A stretch of 61,671 bases of DNA from Rickettsiales bacterium (GCA_023301245.1 JALZUV010000044.1:1-61671), one strand, 5' to 3'; shown: positions 35,101 to 44,125, counted from the stretch's first letter. The notes: generated by a model from the letters alone, not told the origin. Program-made: numbers and translations.

Positions 35101-38100
35101 GAAGCCGCGAGAGACGCCAGTGAGACGGCTAGGGATAACTCGCAACTGGCCCAGACTATTACGGAAGCCGCACGAGACCAAGCATCTGATATACTGGATG
35201 ACGTAGAAATAGCCGAGGGTGCAACCTACACAGCTCGTGATGCAGCACAACTTAGTGAGGCGGCAACGGCGGCGGCGGAGGTCGCAGCGGTAGCAGCTAA
35301 GAACCAAGCGGATACCATACTAGGTAACGTACAGGCACTAGAGACTTCCGCTGCCGCAGCCGAGGCCGCAGCCGAGGCGTTCTCTAACAGCTCGTCAACG
35401 AGTGCGGGTGCATCGGAGACTTCTCGTATAGCCGCAGATGCGGTACAAACAGATTTAGAAGCTTCTGACAAATACACAGAGCTTCACAGGGTAACGTCTA
35501 GTACAGATCGTTGGGTCCCACCCGCAGACGGTACACACACGCACCAAATCATAGGCGATGTAATACAATTCACATCCACTTTGGGTACTACGCAAAGCAA
35601 TTCCGCTGCGGGTAATACAGGCGGGGTCTACTATGAACTGCCTACAGATATAGAAACAGAGATAACGGGCGAGGATATACAGATTGTATTCTCTTTTGAA
35701 GCACCTAGCAGCAATGCGTCAACTAATGTAGGTGTAGCCTATTCTACGCATTCCGTAGGCAATACCGCATGGCGGGTACATCCTATATCCGCAACAGGGA
35801 TAACGGAGATTGCGCTTGATTACGCCGTTGGCTCTACTAATACAATATTAGGGGACTTTATAGGTATAATCGGCGACGCCGACGGGCTAGGCAATTCTGT
35901 AAATCTACATAGCGTCAAGTTATACGTAAAAGGAAGCTACTTGGATGTGGGCGCTCGACTAGCAGCCACCGCCGCCGCCACAGCAGAAGAGGGTACATTC
36001 GCTGCCGCGTCCGCAGATGAAAGCGAACAATTCTCTATAGCAGCGACTACGGCTAAGTTAGCAGCGGAAACAGCACAAGCCGCCGCTACCGTATCCGAAA
36101 CTAATGCAACACAGAGTGAGACAAACGCAGAAGGCTCCGCAGCTACGTCAGCGTCAGAAGCTACGAATTCTGCAAATAGTGCTACGAACGCAGGACAATC
36201 CGCAACAGCCGCAGCTAGCTCCGCATCCACAGCAGCATCCGAGGCTACTGACGCATCACAGAGCGCGACAGCCGCTGATACTGCAAAACTAGAGGCCGAG
36301 ACAGCACAGGCAGCGGCAGCTATATCTGCTACCAACGCGGCAGGTTCCGAGACAAACGCAGAAGGCTCCGCAGCTACGTCAGCGTCAGAAGCTACGAATT
36401 CTGCAAATAGTGCTACGAATTCTGGCAATTCAGCAAGCGCGTCTGCGACGAGTGCGTCTATAGCGGCGACAGAAGCTACTGACGCATCACAGAGCGCGAC
36501 AGCCGCTGATACCGCAAAACTAGAGGCCGAGACAGCACAGGCAGCGGCAGTAGTAGCTCGTGACGACGCCGCCGTAAGTGAGACAAACGCCGCAGGGTCT
36601 GCATCATCTGCCTTAGTAAGTGAGGGAATATCCGTTACAGCAGCCTTGGATAGCCTATACGAAGCTATACAGCTATTCCCTTCTACTTTTGAAAACGGTG
36701 ACAACTACTGGACAAATACGCTGTCTGGACTTGCAGGAACCCAAGCAGGGGTAAGCGACACAGATGATATGTCTTTAATACCAGACCTTGACAAAGGGAC
36801 TGTCTTAGAGATAGGGGCCACAAATAGTAATAAACATGTAGCGCCTAAAGGTAGACTTCGCCCATACGTCGGGCAAGTATTCCGCCTAGAGTGGGATGCT
36901 AAATATGTGGGGACAGATCAACCCGCATCACCTAGGGTGTTCTCTACGCAAGTGCGTACGGTGGACGCCGATGGGTCGTCCTTTGGTAGTAACACAGTTG
37001 GACCCACTAAAGAGTTCACGGCTGTTAACACATGGGAAACATTTTATGCGGATATCGCTATATCTAGCAGTACGGCCTCCGCACCTTTCGTATTTCCTTT
37101 TATATTCACTAACTCCAACCATAAGGAGACGGGAGATACCATTCTCGTATCTAGGTTCACTATTAGCGACGTTACGTCCGAAGTGGCAGCAAGCACAGGA
37201 GCGGCAGCGGCAGCTATATCCGCTACCAACGCGGCAGCAAGTGCTACCGCTGCGGGCCAGTCGGCAAGCTCTTCGCAAACGTTTGCGAACAACGCCAGCA
37301 CAAGTGCGGGCCAAGCCACCACAAGCGCGGGACAAGCGGCAGCAAGTGAAACCAACGCAGACAGCGCACAAGCCGCAGCGGCTACCAGTGCAACAAACGC
37401 CGCGACTAGCGAAAACAACGCAGGACAATCCGCAACAGCCGCAGCTAGCTCCGCATCCACAGCAGCCTCCGAGGCTACTGACGCAGCACAGAGCGCAAGC
37501 GCATCGGAGACCTCCCAGTTAGCAGCGGGGACCTCACAGGCAGCGGCCAATATATCACAAGGCGCAGCCGCAACGAGTGAGACAAACGCCGCAGGGTCTG
37601 CGACCTCCGCCGCGCTAGACGCCAGCTTAGCCGTATCTGCGAAGAACGACGCTGCAACAAACTCCGCGTTAAATTCGGGTGACATGTCTTTAGGCGGTGT
37701 ATACACACGTCACATACTACACGGGACTACGTACTCTTTCGCAACGATAGCAGCGGATAACAAAGTATATGTAAACGACGTACTTAACACTACGTTACAG
37801 CCGTCTACTACAACGAATATTGAATTGAGTTCTGGGGACGTTATAGAGACTGATAGTCCGTGCGCTATAGTATCCACAAGTGGTGAGGTCGCGCCATCTT
37901 CCGTACACGCAGGAACCAAGTTTGTATCGTACTCTAACAGGTCCAACCATGATCGTCGTATTACCGTAAAGGCATTATCTGACTGTGCCGTAGATTTCTT
38001 CCACTACAACCTAACAGATAGCTCAGGTCAGCAAGACGTATCAGGCGCACCAAGCTTCTCCATAGCGTTAGTAGCAGGGCAGATATACGATAGTGTTGTT

Positions 38101-41100
38101 GACTTCTCTGATGGAAACGACGACCTAGTGTCTCGTATAAAATCATCTGGCCCTATTATCGTGCGCGTGTCCTCTAATGGTAATGGGTCAGATAGGGAAT
38201 TATTACTACCAGCTAAACCAAGGGCTATACTTGCTCGGGGTGGTTCAGCAAATACATACGCATTTGATTACAACGACACCATAGAGCTGTACGCATCGGA
38301 CGGGGCTGGTAACTTAACAAGCACCACTTATGCGCCTTCTGGTGTTTATAATGCCGCCATTGGTGACGGAGACGGGTTAGGGATGAATAACTCTCTACCA
38401 CTAGACGCATTAGGTGATACCTATGTTCTGCCACACAATATGTCCGATTACCGTATTGTAACAACAGAACCCGATAACACTATCATAGTGTCTAATAGTA
38501 CGGGTATATTGTTTGAGCACACTAGCCCAAGTACAACAAGTTTTGAGACGCCATTCGCCGTAGAGTACGGACCTCAAGCAGGCACTCAAACAGGGCAGGA
38601 AACTGGTCCTATTACAGTCATAGGAGACAAACCATTCTTCCTGCGAACTAACCATTCAACTACCCAAGGAGAGTATTCTGTTATCGGGTGGAGACAAGCA
38701 TCCGCAAACGCATCATCCGCGACGGGTAGTATACAGGCCGCACTAGAGGCTACGGCGGCGGCTAGTTCTGCAACTACAGCAATAGCAGAGGCTACAGACG
38801 CAGCAAGCCAAGCGGCAATCGCAACAACAGAGCGCATAGCGGCGGAGAGTGCGCGAGATAATGCTGCGGGTTCCGCAAGCGCAGCGTCTACGTCAGCGTC
38901 TAGTGCAGCAACCCAAGCGGCCAATGCGGGTAACAGCGCAACGGCAGCGTCTACCAGTGCAAACACAGCGTCCACATCTGCTGGAAACGCGTCGGTTAGT
39001 GAAGGTAACGCAGCAACTAGCGAGACAAACGCAGCTGGCTCAGCTACGTCCGCAGCGGCTAGCCAAGCATTAACGGCCAACCTATACGGAGATACAATTG
39101 ATGCAGTAAACACGATAACGTGGTCTGATTACCCTAATGTTGAAACATGGAGCGCTAACTCGACAGGGTTACCAGAGGATAAAAATGACCTATCAGTAGC
39201 GCTAGATAATGATGGCGGCTATAGTGTGGTTGGTTCTAGTCATGCCGTAGGTCCGAAACATATTTTCGACGCTAAACGTATTTACGAGGTAACGGTAGAC
39301 GTGGATATTACTGCCGACCCGAACGGCACTGTATGCAGGATACAAATAGCCGTTTACGCGTTAGACGCATCTGGCGTAGCCGTAGACTCAAATCCGTGGA
39401 TGATACTACAGGACGGTGCCAACAGAGGGACGGGGAGACGGACGTATACCCAACGCGTAACAGCGCTAAGCTCAGCACCTTCTGGTGTGTTCATACATAA
39501 TGATAGTGCGTTAGCGGAGAAAATATCAATACGCGGTGGTTGGAGATCAGGCGACAGCGCAACAGAGGGTACAATACATTCCTTAAAAATAAGAGACGTG
39601 ACACAAGAGGTTTATGCCGAGGTAGAAGCAACAGCGGCAGCTACGTCCGCAAGTGCAGCCGCTGTAAGTGCCATGTCTTCGCAAACGTTTGCAAACACGT
39701 CGTCTACCCAAGCAAACAACGCTAGTACCAGTGCAGGACAAGCGAGTGTAAGCGCCACGCAATCGGCCACAGCTGCTACCAACGCTGCCGATAGTGAGAG
39801 CGCGGCAGCAGCAAGTGAAACGGCTGCGTCTGGGTTCTCGTCTGCCGCGTCAACGCAAGCAACAAACGCCAGCACAAGCGCGAGCCAAGCGGGCGTAAGT
39901 GCTACACAGAGTGCCGCGTCTGCTACCAACGCGGCGGGGTCTGCTACACAAGCCTCCGCTTCCGCACTAGAGGCTATTAACGCATCTGTGGGTAGGAACC
40001 TTCTCGAAGACGCCCGTATACTAGAGAATACGTGGAGTGCGGGACCCTTCGTAACGCCGACAGCCACGGCGGCTTACTATGAGTGGTCAAGCAACAGCGT
40101 CAATAACTGGGCTGTTGAGGGCTTTAGAACCTACGCTATACAGCAATTAAATACCGATAGCGTAGGTTCTAATGACGCGGTATCTAAAAGGGTTGCCGTT
40201 GAGGCTGGTAATTACTACGAAGGTTCCATAGATAGCGGTGCACATCGTTGTGACGCGGAAATAAGAATGCAGTGGCTAGACATAGACGGTAATTCCTTAG
40301 GTTATGTACGTCCTGCAAGTGACGCACAAAGCCGAAACAAGTCGGAGGCTGGCGGCGGCTTACAGCTGGAAGATTGGAAACGTATATGGGTATCAGCCCA
40401 AGCGCCCGCTAGTGCGGCATTCTGTAGACTGCATCTACGTAAGTTTGCTACAAACGCAGGACAAGTAAACAGTTACCTATTCCTATCTCGCCCGATGATA
40501 GCTGTGTCTAAGGCGGGGCAAACGGAAGCAGGGGAATGGACTGACGGTAGTAACTCTGCGACCATTGAAAACCTATATAGCGTTACGGCCACAAACACGG
40601 CCAGTGCAGCTAGTTTGCAACAACAGGTAACGACTAACCTTGCCTCTGCCGCCATAACACAGACAGCGGTCACTAACTTAGAGAATAAGATAGACGCGGC
40701 AGTAATCACCGTGTCTGCTAGCGCGGGGGATGCTAATACGGCTAGCATGACAATAGGTGCAACTAAGGCAGATGGCTCCTTATTCAACTACGTCTTGTTC
40801 GAAACAGACCAGCTAGGGTTTAAAGCTGCGAACGGACAAGGCTTCACGGCTACAGGGATGGGTATCTATAAAGATATACCAACTATTGATGTCAGCTCCG
40901 ACGGCAACTGGATGCTCGTACAAGGCGTAAACTTCGGTAGCGGTAGTGATCTACTTTATTGGTACGGACCTAATGTAGGCTCCCCCGATAACTGTACGCG
41001 ACAGAACGGTAACCAAGTTAACACAGCTGACGGTGAGATTTGGCAATTTGGGGCAAAGCTCGGAGGGACTGCCGTTAATACCAACAAGTCCATATCAAGC

Positions 41101-41538
41101 CAAGGCACAGTCACTGATACAGGTATAGGGTCTAATGGTAATATTAAAACAATCACAGCTACGACTACTGCTACCGCTGGACGATCGTATTACATATATG
41201 GGGCGGGTAATGCGACCTCAGGAACTACTACGTACAGTTCCGGGTCGGCTACCGTTGATGGGGAGTATCGTATAGCTGGAGGTACTTGGTCTGATGTAGA
41301 CAACATAGGGCCTGCAACAATATCTGGCATCGTTACGTCCGTTATTCACGAATTCGACCATGAATTTGACGCGTACTTTGTTTCCGAGACTTGGACTGCA
41401 TCTATATCAGAAAGCCAAAGTATATTAACTAACGCAGTTAATAATTATGAAGCTAAGGCTACGGGGTCCCGTACTAAACCATCTGGGTTCGGCAATGACA
41501 ATATATCAGTACGCATAGTTACAACAGAGCCGGGGTAG
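32131..41538 (+). CDS. host-specificity/central tail fibre protein (lambda J-like core plus ~2170-aa modular extension)
   Basis: N-terminus GGGKSGGSSSPTEAPNSLKAKSVARILEIIAEGPIKGLVDG and an FN3-like segment are typical of J. From about aa 960, alternating Ala/Ser/Thr-rich helical linkers and globular modules. Confidence 0.85.
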   Translation: MAKRIDENGSFIASGAGGGKSGGSSSPTEAPNSLKAKSVARILEIIAEGPIKGLVDGDKSLFFNKVPYANADGGLNFDGISYAFLNGSPDQEALEGFTDITTTISVSTEVDRSTSVIRRITNPDVDTTVVTVSVPNLTKLDSKTGDLNGSRVDVAVYVKSDADASGSVYVRKVRDIIQGKTTSTYERAYRIPLEGEGPWDIKMERITADSSSSTLQNSTFFTRYSEIISHKIAYQDSVILATEVDAELFGSSPPSRAVEIYGLLVNYPSNYDPDTRTYTGLWDGTFTFGYCNNPAWVLWDMLTSRKHGARLPAAYIDKWGFYEVAQYSDELVSDGLGGTEPRFTFNGTVQTREDAYKVIQSIASMMRSAAYFSTGLIRLSQDKPAAPEKLFNQTNVIGDFNYSGTARAARHTVAQVQWVNPEIDYESDIEVVENRAAILKYGYRALDLTAFGTTSRGQAHRQGRYVLATEELESEIVQFKVGQDSADLLPGDVILVSDPSQSTAEVGGRNIGATLTTLSLDRHIVVAPTKNCFITFHLADGTPHVSAITSDNESTNIVTLVTPIPDADLLPDALSSIWVMYNDDIEPKPFRIMDIEEEEPNEYKIVASQYAEEKFNIVDNFLDIEAGDNSYSSLANPTAIGAVTGLDLSFRSRLQDGRVRMYAELDWVQPDAEQVRGYVVSYQYENNNWIQLPEVQTTNIELTDIIAGEYRFVVRAVNMFGIMSPRTAIDGNFGNADASTQAPISNLLSELGNTLFEGADCTVSWNSESIVSDATDVTDGKDPFFKHFLIDVYNAEGTKLLRSETTKDTHFNYTYAMNEADNGSAVRSFQIRVAFVDVNDNTSTYLSQTFANPQANNPTVTAEGQNGRVTLTYPRPLHPDFSGLRVHASTSQDFTVNEGSIVYEGSGDPSWPAPSGTPVYYRYAAYDSFGKDGLVYSAEGVVTTTAVSLDDMPVEFSIIEGEIAAAQAQLDDLEEAYGDSQSAAASTAAAEAARDASETARDNSQLAQTITEAARDQASDILDDVEIAEGATYTARDAAQLSEAATAAAEVAAVAAKNQADTILGNVQALETSAAAAEAAAEAFSNSSSTSAGASETSRIAADAVQTDLEASDKYTELHRVTSSTDRWVPPADGTHTHQIIGDVIQFTSTLGTTQSNSAAGNTGGVYYELPTDIETEITGEDIQIVFSFEAPSSNASTNVGVAYSTHSVGNTAWRVHPISATGITEIALDYAVGSTNTILGDFIGIIGDADGLGNSVNLHSVKLYVKGSYLDVGARLAATAAATAEEGTFAAASADESEQFSIAATTAKLAAETAQAAATVSETNATQSETNAEGSAATSASEATNSANSATNAGQSATAAASSASTAASEATDASQSATAADTAKLEAETAQAAAAISATNAAGSETNAEGSAATSASEATNSANSATNSGNSASASATSASIAATEATDASQSATAADTAKLEAETAQAAAVVARDDAAVSETNAAGSASSALVSEGISVTAALDSLYEAIQLFPSTFENGDNYWTNTLSGLAGTQAGVSDTDDMSLIPDLDKGTVLEIGATNSNKHVAPKGRLRPYVGQVFRLEWDAKYVGTDQPASPRVFSTQVRTVDADGSSFGSNTVGPTKEFTAVNTWETFYADIAISSSTASAPFVFPFIFTNSNHKETGDTILVSRFTISDVTSEVAASTGAAAAAISATNAAASATAAGQSASSSQTFANNASTSAGQATTSAGQAAASETNADSAQAAAATSATNAATSENNAGQSATAAASSASTAASEATDAAQSASASETSQLAAGTSQAAANISQGAAATSETNAAGSATSAALDASLAVSAKNDAATNSALNSGDMSLGGVYTRHILHGTTYSFATIAADNKVYVNDVLNTTLQPSTTTNIELSSGDVIETDSPCAIVSTSGEVAPSSVHAGTKFVSYSNRSNHDRRITVKALSDCAVDFFHYNLTDSSGQQDVSGAPSFSIALVAGQIYDSVVDFSDGNDDLVSRIKSSGPIIVRVSSNGNGSDRELLLPAKPRAILARGGSANTYAFDYNDTIELYASDGAGNLTSTTYAPSGVYNAAIGDGDGLGMNNSLPLDALGDTYVLPHNMSDYRIVTTEPDNTIIVSNSTGILFEHTSPSTTSFETPFAVEYGPQAGTQTGQETGPITVIGDKPFFLRTNHSTTQGEYSVIGWRQASANASSATGSIQAALEATAAASSATTAIAEATDAASQAAIATTERIAAESARDNAAGSASAASTSASSAATQAANAGNSATAASTSANTASTSAGNASVSEGNAATSETNAAGSATSAAASQALTANLYGDTIDAVNTITWSDYPNVETWSANSTGLPEDKNDLSVALDNDGGYSVVGSSHAVGPKHIFDAKRIYEVTVDVDITADPNGTVCRIQIAVYALDASGVAVDSNPWMILQDGANRGTGRRTYTQRVTALSSAPSGVFIHNDSALAEKISIRGGWRSGDSATEGTIHSLKIRDVTQEVYAEVEATAAATSASAAAVSAMSSQTFANTSSTQANNASTSAGQASVSATQSATAATNAADSESAAAASETAASGFSSAASTQATNASTSASQAGVSATQSAASATNAAGSATQASASALEAINASVGRNLLEDARILENTWSAGPFVTPTATAAYYEWSSNSVNNWAVEGFRTYAIQQLNTDSVGSNDAVSKRVAVEAGNYYEGSIDSGAHRCDAEIRMQWLDIDGNSLGYVRPASDAQSRNKSEAGGGLQLEDWKRIWVSAQAPASAAFCRLHLRKFATNAGQVNSYLFLSRPMIAVSKAGQTEAGEWTDGSNSATIENLYSVTATNTASAASLQQQVTTNLASAAITQTAVTNLENKIDAAVITVSASAGDANTASMTIGATKADGSLFNYVLFETDQLGFKAANGQGFTATGMGIYKDIPTIDVSSDGNWMLVQGVNFGSGSDLLYWYGPNVGSPDNCTRQNGNQVNTADGEIWQFGAKLGGTAVNTNKSISSQGTVTDTGIGSNGNIKTITATTTATAGRSYYIYGAGNATSGTTTYSSGSATVDGEYRIAGGTWSDVDNIGPATISGIVTSVIHEFDHEFDAYFVSETWTASISESQSILTNAVNNYEAKATGSRTKPSGFGNDNISVRIVTTEPG
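34671..34682. repeat. palindrome copy 15 (J-like gene; SQTFA)
   Basis: Exact match; TTCGCAAACGTTTGCGAA 18-bp palindrome. Confidence 0.95.
36067..36528 (+). repeat. 231-bp (77-aa) in-frame tandem duplication inside the J-like gene
   Basis: Copy 1 at 36067-36297 and copy 2 at 36298-36528, with long identical runs (e.g. ACAAACGCAGAAGGCTCCGCAGCTACGTCAGCG at 36121 and 36352). Confidence 0.9.
37275..37286. repeat. palindrome copy 16 (J-like gene; SQTFA)
   Basis: Exact match; 18-bp palindrome. Confidence 0.95.
37420..37496 (+). repeat. dispersed third copy (75/77 nt) of part of the 231-bp unit (matches 36190-36266)
   Basis: GCAGGACAATCCGCAACAGCCGCAGCTAGCTCCGCATCCACAGCAGC... with 2 mismatches. Confidence 0.85.
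39681..39692. repeat. palindrome copy 17 (J-like gene; SQTFA)
   Basis: Exact match. Confidence 0.95.
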
Positions 41539-41552
41539 TAGATATGAATTAA

Positions 41553-41579
41553 CACCACACACACCACACACACCACACA
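41553..41579 (+). repeat. 9-bp tandem repeat CACCACACA x3
   Basis: Read directly from the sequence, 15 nt after the stop of the J-like gene. Confidence 0.9.
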
Positions 41580-41614
41580 TACCCTAAAACACAATTTACA
41601 TGTGTTTTAGGGTA
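41580..41614 (+). terminator. perfect 14-bp hairpin after the J-like gene (no U tract)
   Basis: TACCCTAAAACACA-ATTTACA-TGTGTTTTAGGGTA. Confidence 0.35.
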
Positions 41615-41656
41615 TGCTAAAGATAGCCACGCCAACACAAACAATAGGAGTTCATA

Positions 41657-42067
41657 ATGAACGAAGCAGAAATTGAAGAAGAACAAAATATCATAGATAT
41701 CGAGGCCGCAATACAAGCGGGTTTTGAAGCTGTGCACATATCCATCGACGGTGAAAAACTTACGCTCGTCGAAGGTCTTAAAGCTCTCAGAAAAGCGCTA
41801 GGCGTCGATGACGATGCACGGGCCAATAAAACAACGGTTGTGGGTAACACAATCACAGTGCTTACGCATTTCGAAAAAATCGTATTCCGTACGACAGAGC
41901 AACGCGAGTCTGACAAAGCAGCCGTGGCTCAACGAGCGGAACAAGAGGAAGAGGACGAGAAGGTTGACGCCTACCGTGCTCAGCTTCGCAAAGACAAAGC
42001 GAAGAAAAAGGGACAGGTAGGGAATAAGCAATCCTCTGCGGCACCGTCCTCTTCCAAAAAAGCGTAA
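41657..42067 (+). CDS. hypothetical charged protein
   Basis: 136 aa with an AGGAG SD. Lys-rich C-terminus. Confidence 0.5.
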   Translation: MNEAEIEEEQNIIDIEAAIQAGFEAVHISIDGEKLTLVEGLKALRKALGVDDDARANKTTVVGNTITVLTHFEKIVFRTTEQRESDKAAVAQRAEQEEEDEKVDAYRAQLRKDKAKKKGQVGNKQSSAAPSSSKKA

Positions 42068-42108
42068 TAGACTAGCTTAACTCGTTTTACTTTAACAAGG
42101 AACAGACT

Positions 42109-42276
42109 ATGGAAAATGCAGCACCTTATATAATCCTAGCCGTGGTATTATTAGCCGCAGCGGGGTTAGTCATTCGCCTTCGCGCCAAGAGCAAGGACTA
42201 CTCGTCAACCACGGGTACTGGCGCGGCTGGCGGCGTTCGCAGTGACGGCGGCGGTAGCCAAACTCAACAGCGTTAA
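42109..42276 (+). CDS. small single-pass membrane protein (not in ORF track, 55 aa)
   Basis: ATG 42109 after AAGGAAC. MENAAPYIILAVVLLAAAGLVIRLRAKSK... TM helix followed by a Gly/Ser tail. Stop TAA at 42274-42276. Confidence 0.45.
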   Translation: MENAAPYIILAVVLLAAAGLVIRLRAKSKDYSSTTGTGAAGGVRSDGGGSQTQQR

Positions 42277-42319
42277 TTCACACAACTTAGGTCCGCCTCA
42301 CGGCGGGCCACAACACTTA

Positions 42320-42331
42320 GCAAACGTTTGC
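42320..42331. repeat. palindrome copy 18 (intergenic)
   Basis: Exact match. Confidence 0.95.
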
Positions 42332-42338
42332 GAACACC

Positions 42339-42569
42339 ATGACCAACAAAATACACCAAGAATTATTACAGCTAGCAGTCGGCACGGATATGCTAGCCGT
42401 TAAGGCCCAAGCCCTTGTGGCGCGTATGCCGCCTAAATCCCCAGCCAGAATAGAACTCAATAAGCGTATAGACGACTTCCTACGCTTCTCAGTAAAGGCC
42501 AAAGCCGAAGCGAAACAGCTACGTATGAAAGAAGCCGAGGATAAAGCCAAAAATGCCCCCGACGAATAA
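42339..42569 (+). CDS. hypothetical protein
   Basis: 76-aa ORF. A palindrome copy ends 7 nt before the ATG. No clear SD. Confidence 0.4.
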   Translation: MTNKIHQELLQLAVGTDMLAVKAQALVARMPPKSPARIELNKRIDDFLRFSVKAKAEAKQLRMKEAEDKAKNAPDE

Positions 42570-42981
42570 GAACGGCCTCGTCTACGTAGACGATGATCTC
42601 ATACGGTCCCTGACGGGGCTAAGCGATACCGTCAACCAGAACACTGCACTAGACACAAGATGCGGGGCGTACTACACGTCCGATGAATTCTGGGAGCATT
42701 ATATGGGGGAAACCAATCCCCATAAGATGCAAGCAGTAGAAAAGCGTCATCACTTCATAAGCCTTGGCATACCTCCCATTTGCGTACAAGTCGCCACGTA
42801 TAAGCGCACCTATGGTCACGAAGGTAGAAAAGAGCGCGTAGGGTTGGTTGTAAATGCAATATCAGGCCGATTGTTTTTCTCTGATGATGTAGCCGAGCCT
42901 GCCCATCATAACCATATAGGCGGCAATAGCTTCACGGCGATAGCAGACCCCCTATCCCAACGCTGGCAGGTCTTAAAATAA
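42553..42981 (+). CDS. hypothetical protein
   Basis: 142-aa ORF. Confidence 0.45.
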   Translation: MPPTNKNGLVYVDDDLIRSLTGLSDTVNQNTALDTRCGAYYTSDEFWEHYMGETNPHKMQAVEKRHHFISLGIPPICVQVATYKRTYGHEGRKERVGLVVNAISGRLFFSDDVAEPAHHNHIGGNSFTAIADPLSQRWQVLK

Positions 42982-42988
42982 TACTTGC

Positions 42989-43000
42989 GCAAACGTTTGC
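42989..43000. repeat. palindrome copy 19 (intergenic)
   Basis: Exact match. Confidence 0.95.
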
Positions 43001-43052
43001 AACTGCTACATATACACGTCTTAAAGCCTTTCACTAAACTATGGAGACCACC

Positions 43053-43577
43053 ATGAAATTCAATACACACGGCGCTGTACTTATGGCAGCGCTTACTTGC
43101 TTCGGACGCATCACAGGCGACGAAGAGCTGATTTCAGTATCTGCCGACGCACGAGACTTATTCAACGGGGACACAGACGAAACGCTTGGGCAATGCCAAT
43201 CCCTCGTAGCTCGCTTCGATGCTATTGAGCCTGCCGAGGCCCCTGAGGAAACCGAAGAGGCCATCGCCCCGAACGACGACGGTGACGACGAACCCGATGG
43301 CTCGGTATCCGAAGAGGACAAAGAGGAGATGCCAGACCTACTAGGGTCCGACGTACAGCCTGCGTCTTGGGATATGCCACCGTCTGACGTAGGCGGAGCA
43401 ATCACCGTCGTCACACTCGGCGAAGTCGTTAATGACGCATTCTCCCGCTCTGGCCTTACCGCAGAGGGATGGAATGACCTAACGCAACAGGAACGCGAAG
43501 ACGCAATTTCTATCGTAGCTGCCGAAGTCGAACTAGCTGTGGCTGACAGAGGCGACAAGGACGACGAAGAGGAGTAG
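43053..43577 (+). CDS. strongly acidic hypothetical protein
   Basis: ATG 43053 has a GGAG 5 nt upstream (track start is 43041). Asp/Glu-rich throughout. Confidence 0.5.
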   Translation: MKFNTHGAVLMAALTCFGRITGDEELISVSADARDLFNGDTDETLGQCQSLVARFDAIEPAEAPEETEEAIAPNDDGDDEPDGSVSEEDKEEMPDLLGSDVQPASWDMPPSDVGGAITVVTLGEVVNDAFSRSGLTAEGWNDLTQQEREDAISIVAAEVELAVADRGDKDDEEE

Positions 43578-43586
43578 CCTATCTTC

Positions 43587-43598
43587 GCAAACGTTTGC
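43587..43598. repeat. palindrome copy 20 (intergenic, 3 nt before a terminator hairpin)
   Basis: Exact match. Confidence 0.95.
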
Positions 43599-43601
43599 AA
43601 A

Positions 43602-43633
43602 GGGTCGGGGGTTTACGCCTCTGGCCCTTTTTT
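43602..43633 (+). terminator. intrinsic terminator
   Basis: 10-bp GC-rich stem (3 G-U pairs), 43602-43611 paired with 43618-43627, followed by TTTTTT. Confidence 0.6.
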
Positions 43634-43684
43634 AATGCGTGTATATGTGCTAGAGCGCACGGGTACACAGTAAGGACCCCCGAC

Positions 43685-44125
43685 ATGATTACACGATTAC
43701 TAGGATTTGCAGGGACAGCCAAAGGATTAGCATCCATAGGAACCGCAACGTTTATAATAGGCTTAGGCGCGGGCGGATGGGTTATAAACAAACACCACCA
43801 AGGCAAAGAGAAGCGGGTAGTAAGCCAAGCTTTCGACAGGCTGGCCGAACAAACCGACCTCACCCAACGTATGAACAAGGTTTTGCTAGCCTCTAACTCA
43901 CAAGCCCAGCGAGACATAACAGAGCTTGCCAAACAACAACGCGGGACCGCCCTAAGTGGCACCGTCTTACGCAAACAACTAGGAGACGCCTTAAATGACA
44001 TTATCGACCCGACACCTTGTGCTTGTACTGACACTATCCTTCTTGACGGGGTGCAGCAGTCTATTTCCAAAGCATATACCGAACCCCTCGTTAATCTTAC
44101 CACCAGACCCGCCACAAATAGATAG
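43685..44125 (+). CDS. i-spanin (Rz-like)
   Basis: N-terminal TM LASIGTATFIIGLGAGGWVI followed by a charged coiled-coil-like periplasmic domain. Contains the start of a lipoprotein gene in another frame. AAGGA SD. Confidence 0.55.
   Translation: MITRLLGFAGTAKGLASIGTATFIIGLGAGGWVINKHHQGKEKRVVSQAFDRLAEQTDLTQRMNKVLLASNSQAQRDITELAKQQRGTALSGTVLRKQLGDALNDIIDPTPCACTDTILLDGVQQSISKAYTEPLVNLTTRPATNR

Noticed and set aside
36067-37496. The fibre-gene repeats could be a diversity-generating retroelement (TR/VR pair).
   Set aside because: There is no reverse transcriptase anywhere in the window, and the differences between copies are not restricted to adenine positions.
36896-37522. Alternative + frame ORFs inside the fibre and scaffold genes (36896..37522, 17315..17581, 36104..36292).
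   Set aside because: These are out-of-frame readings of repetitive GC[AN]-rich sequence, giving Pro/Arg/Gln-rich products. They have no SD and are embedded in a continuous 9.4-kb ORF.
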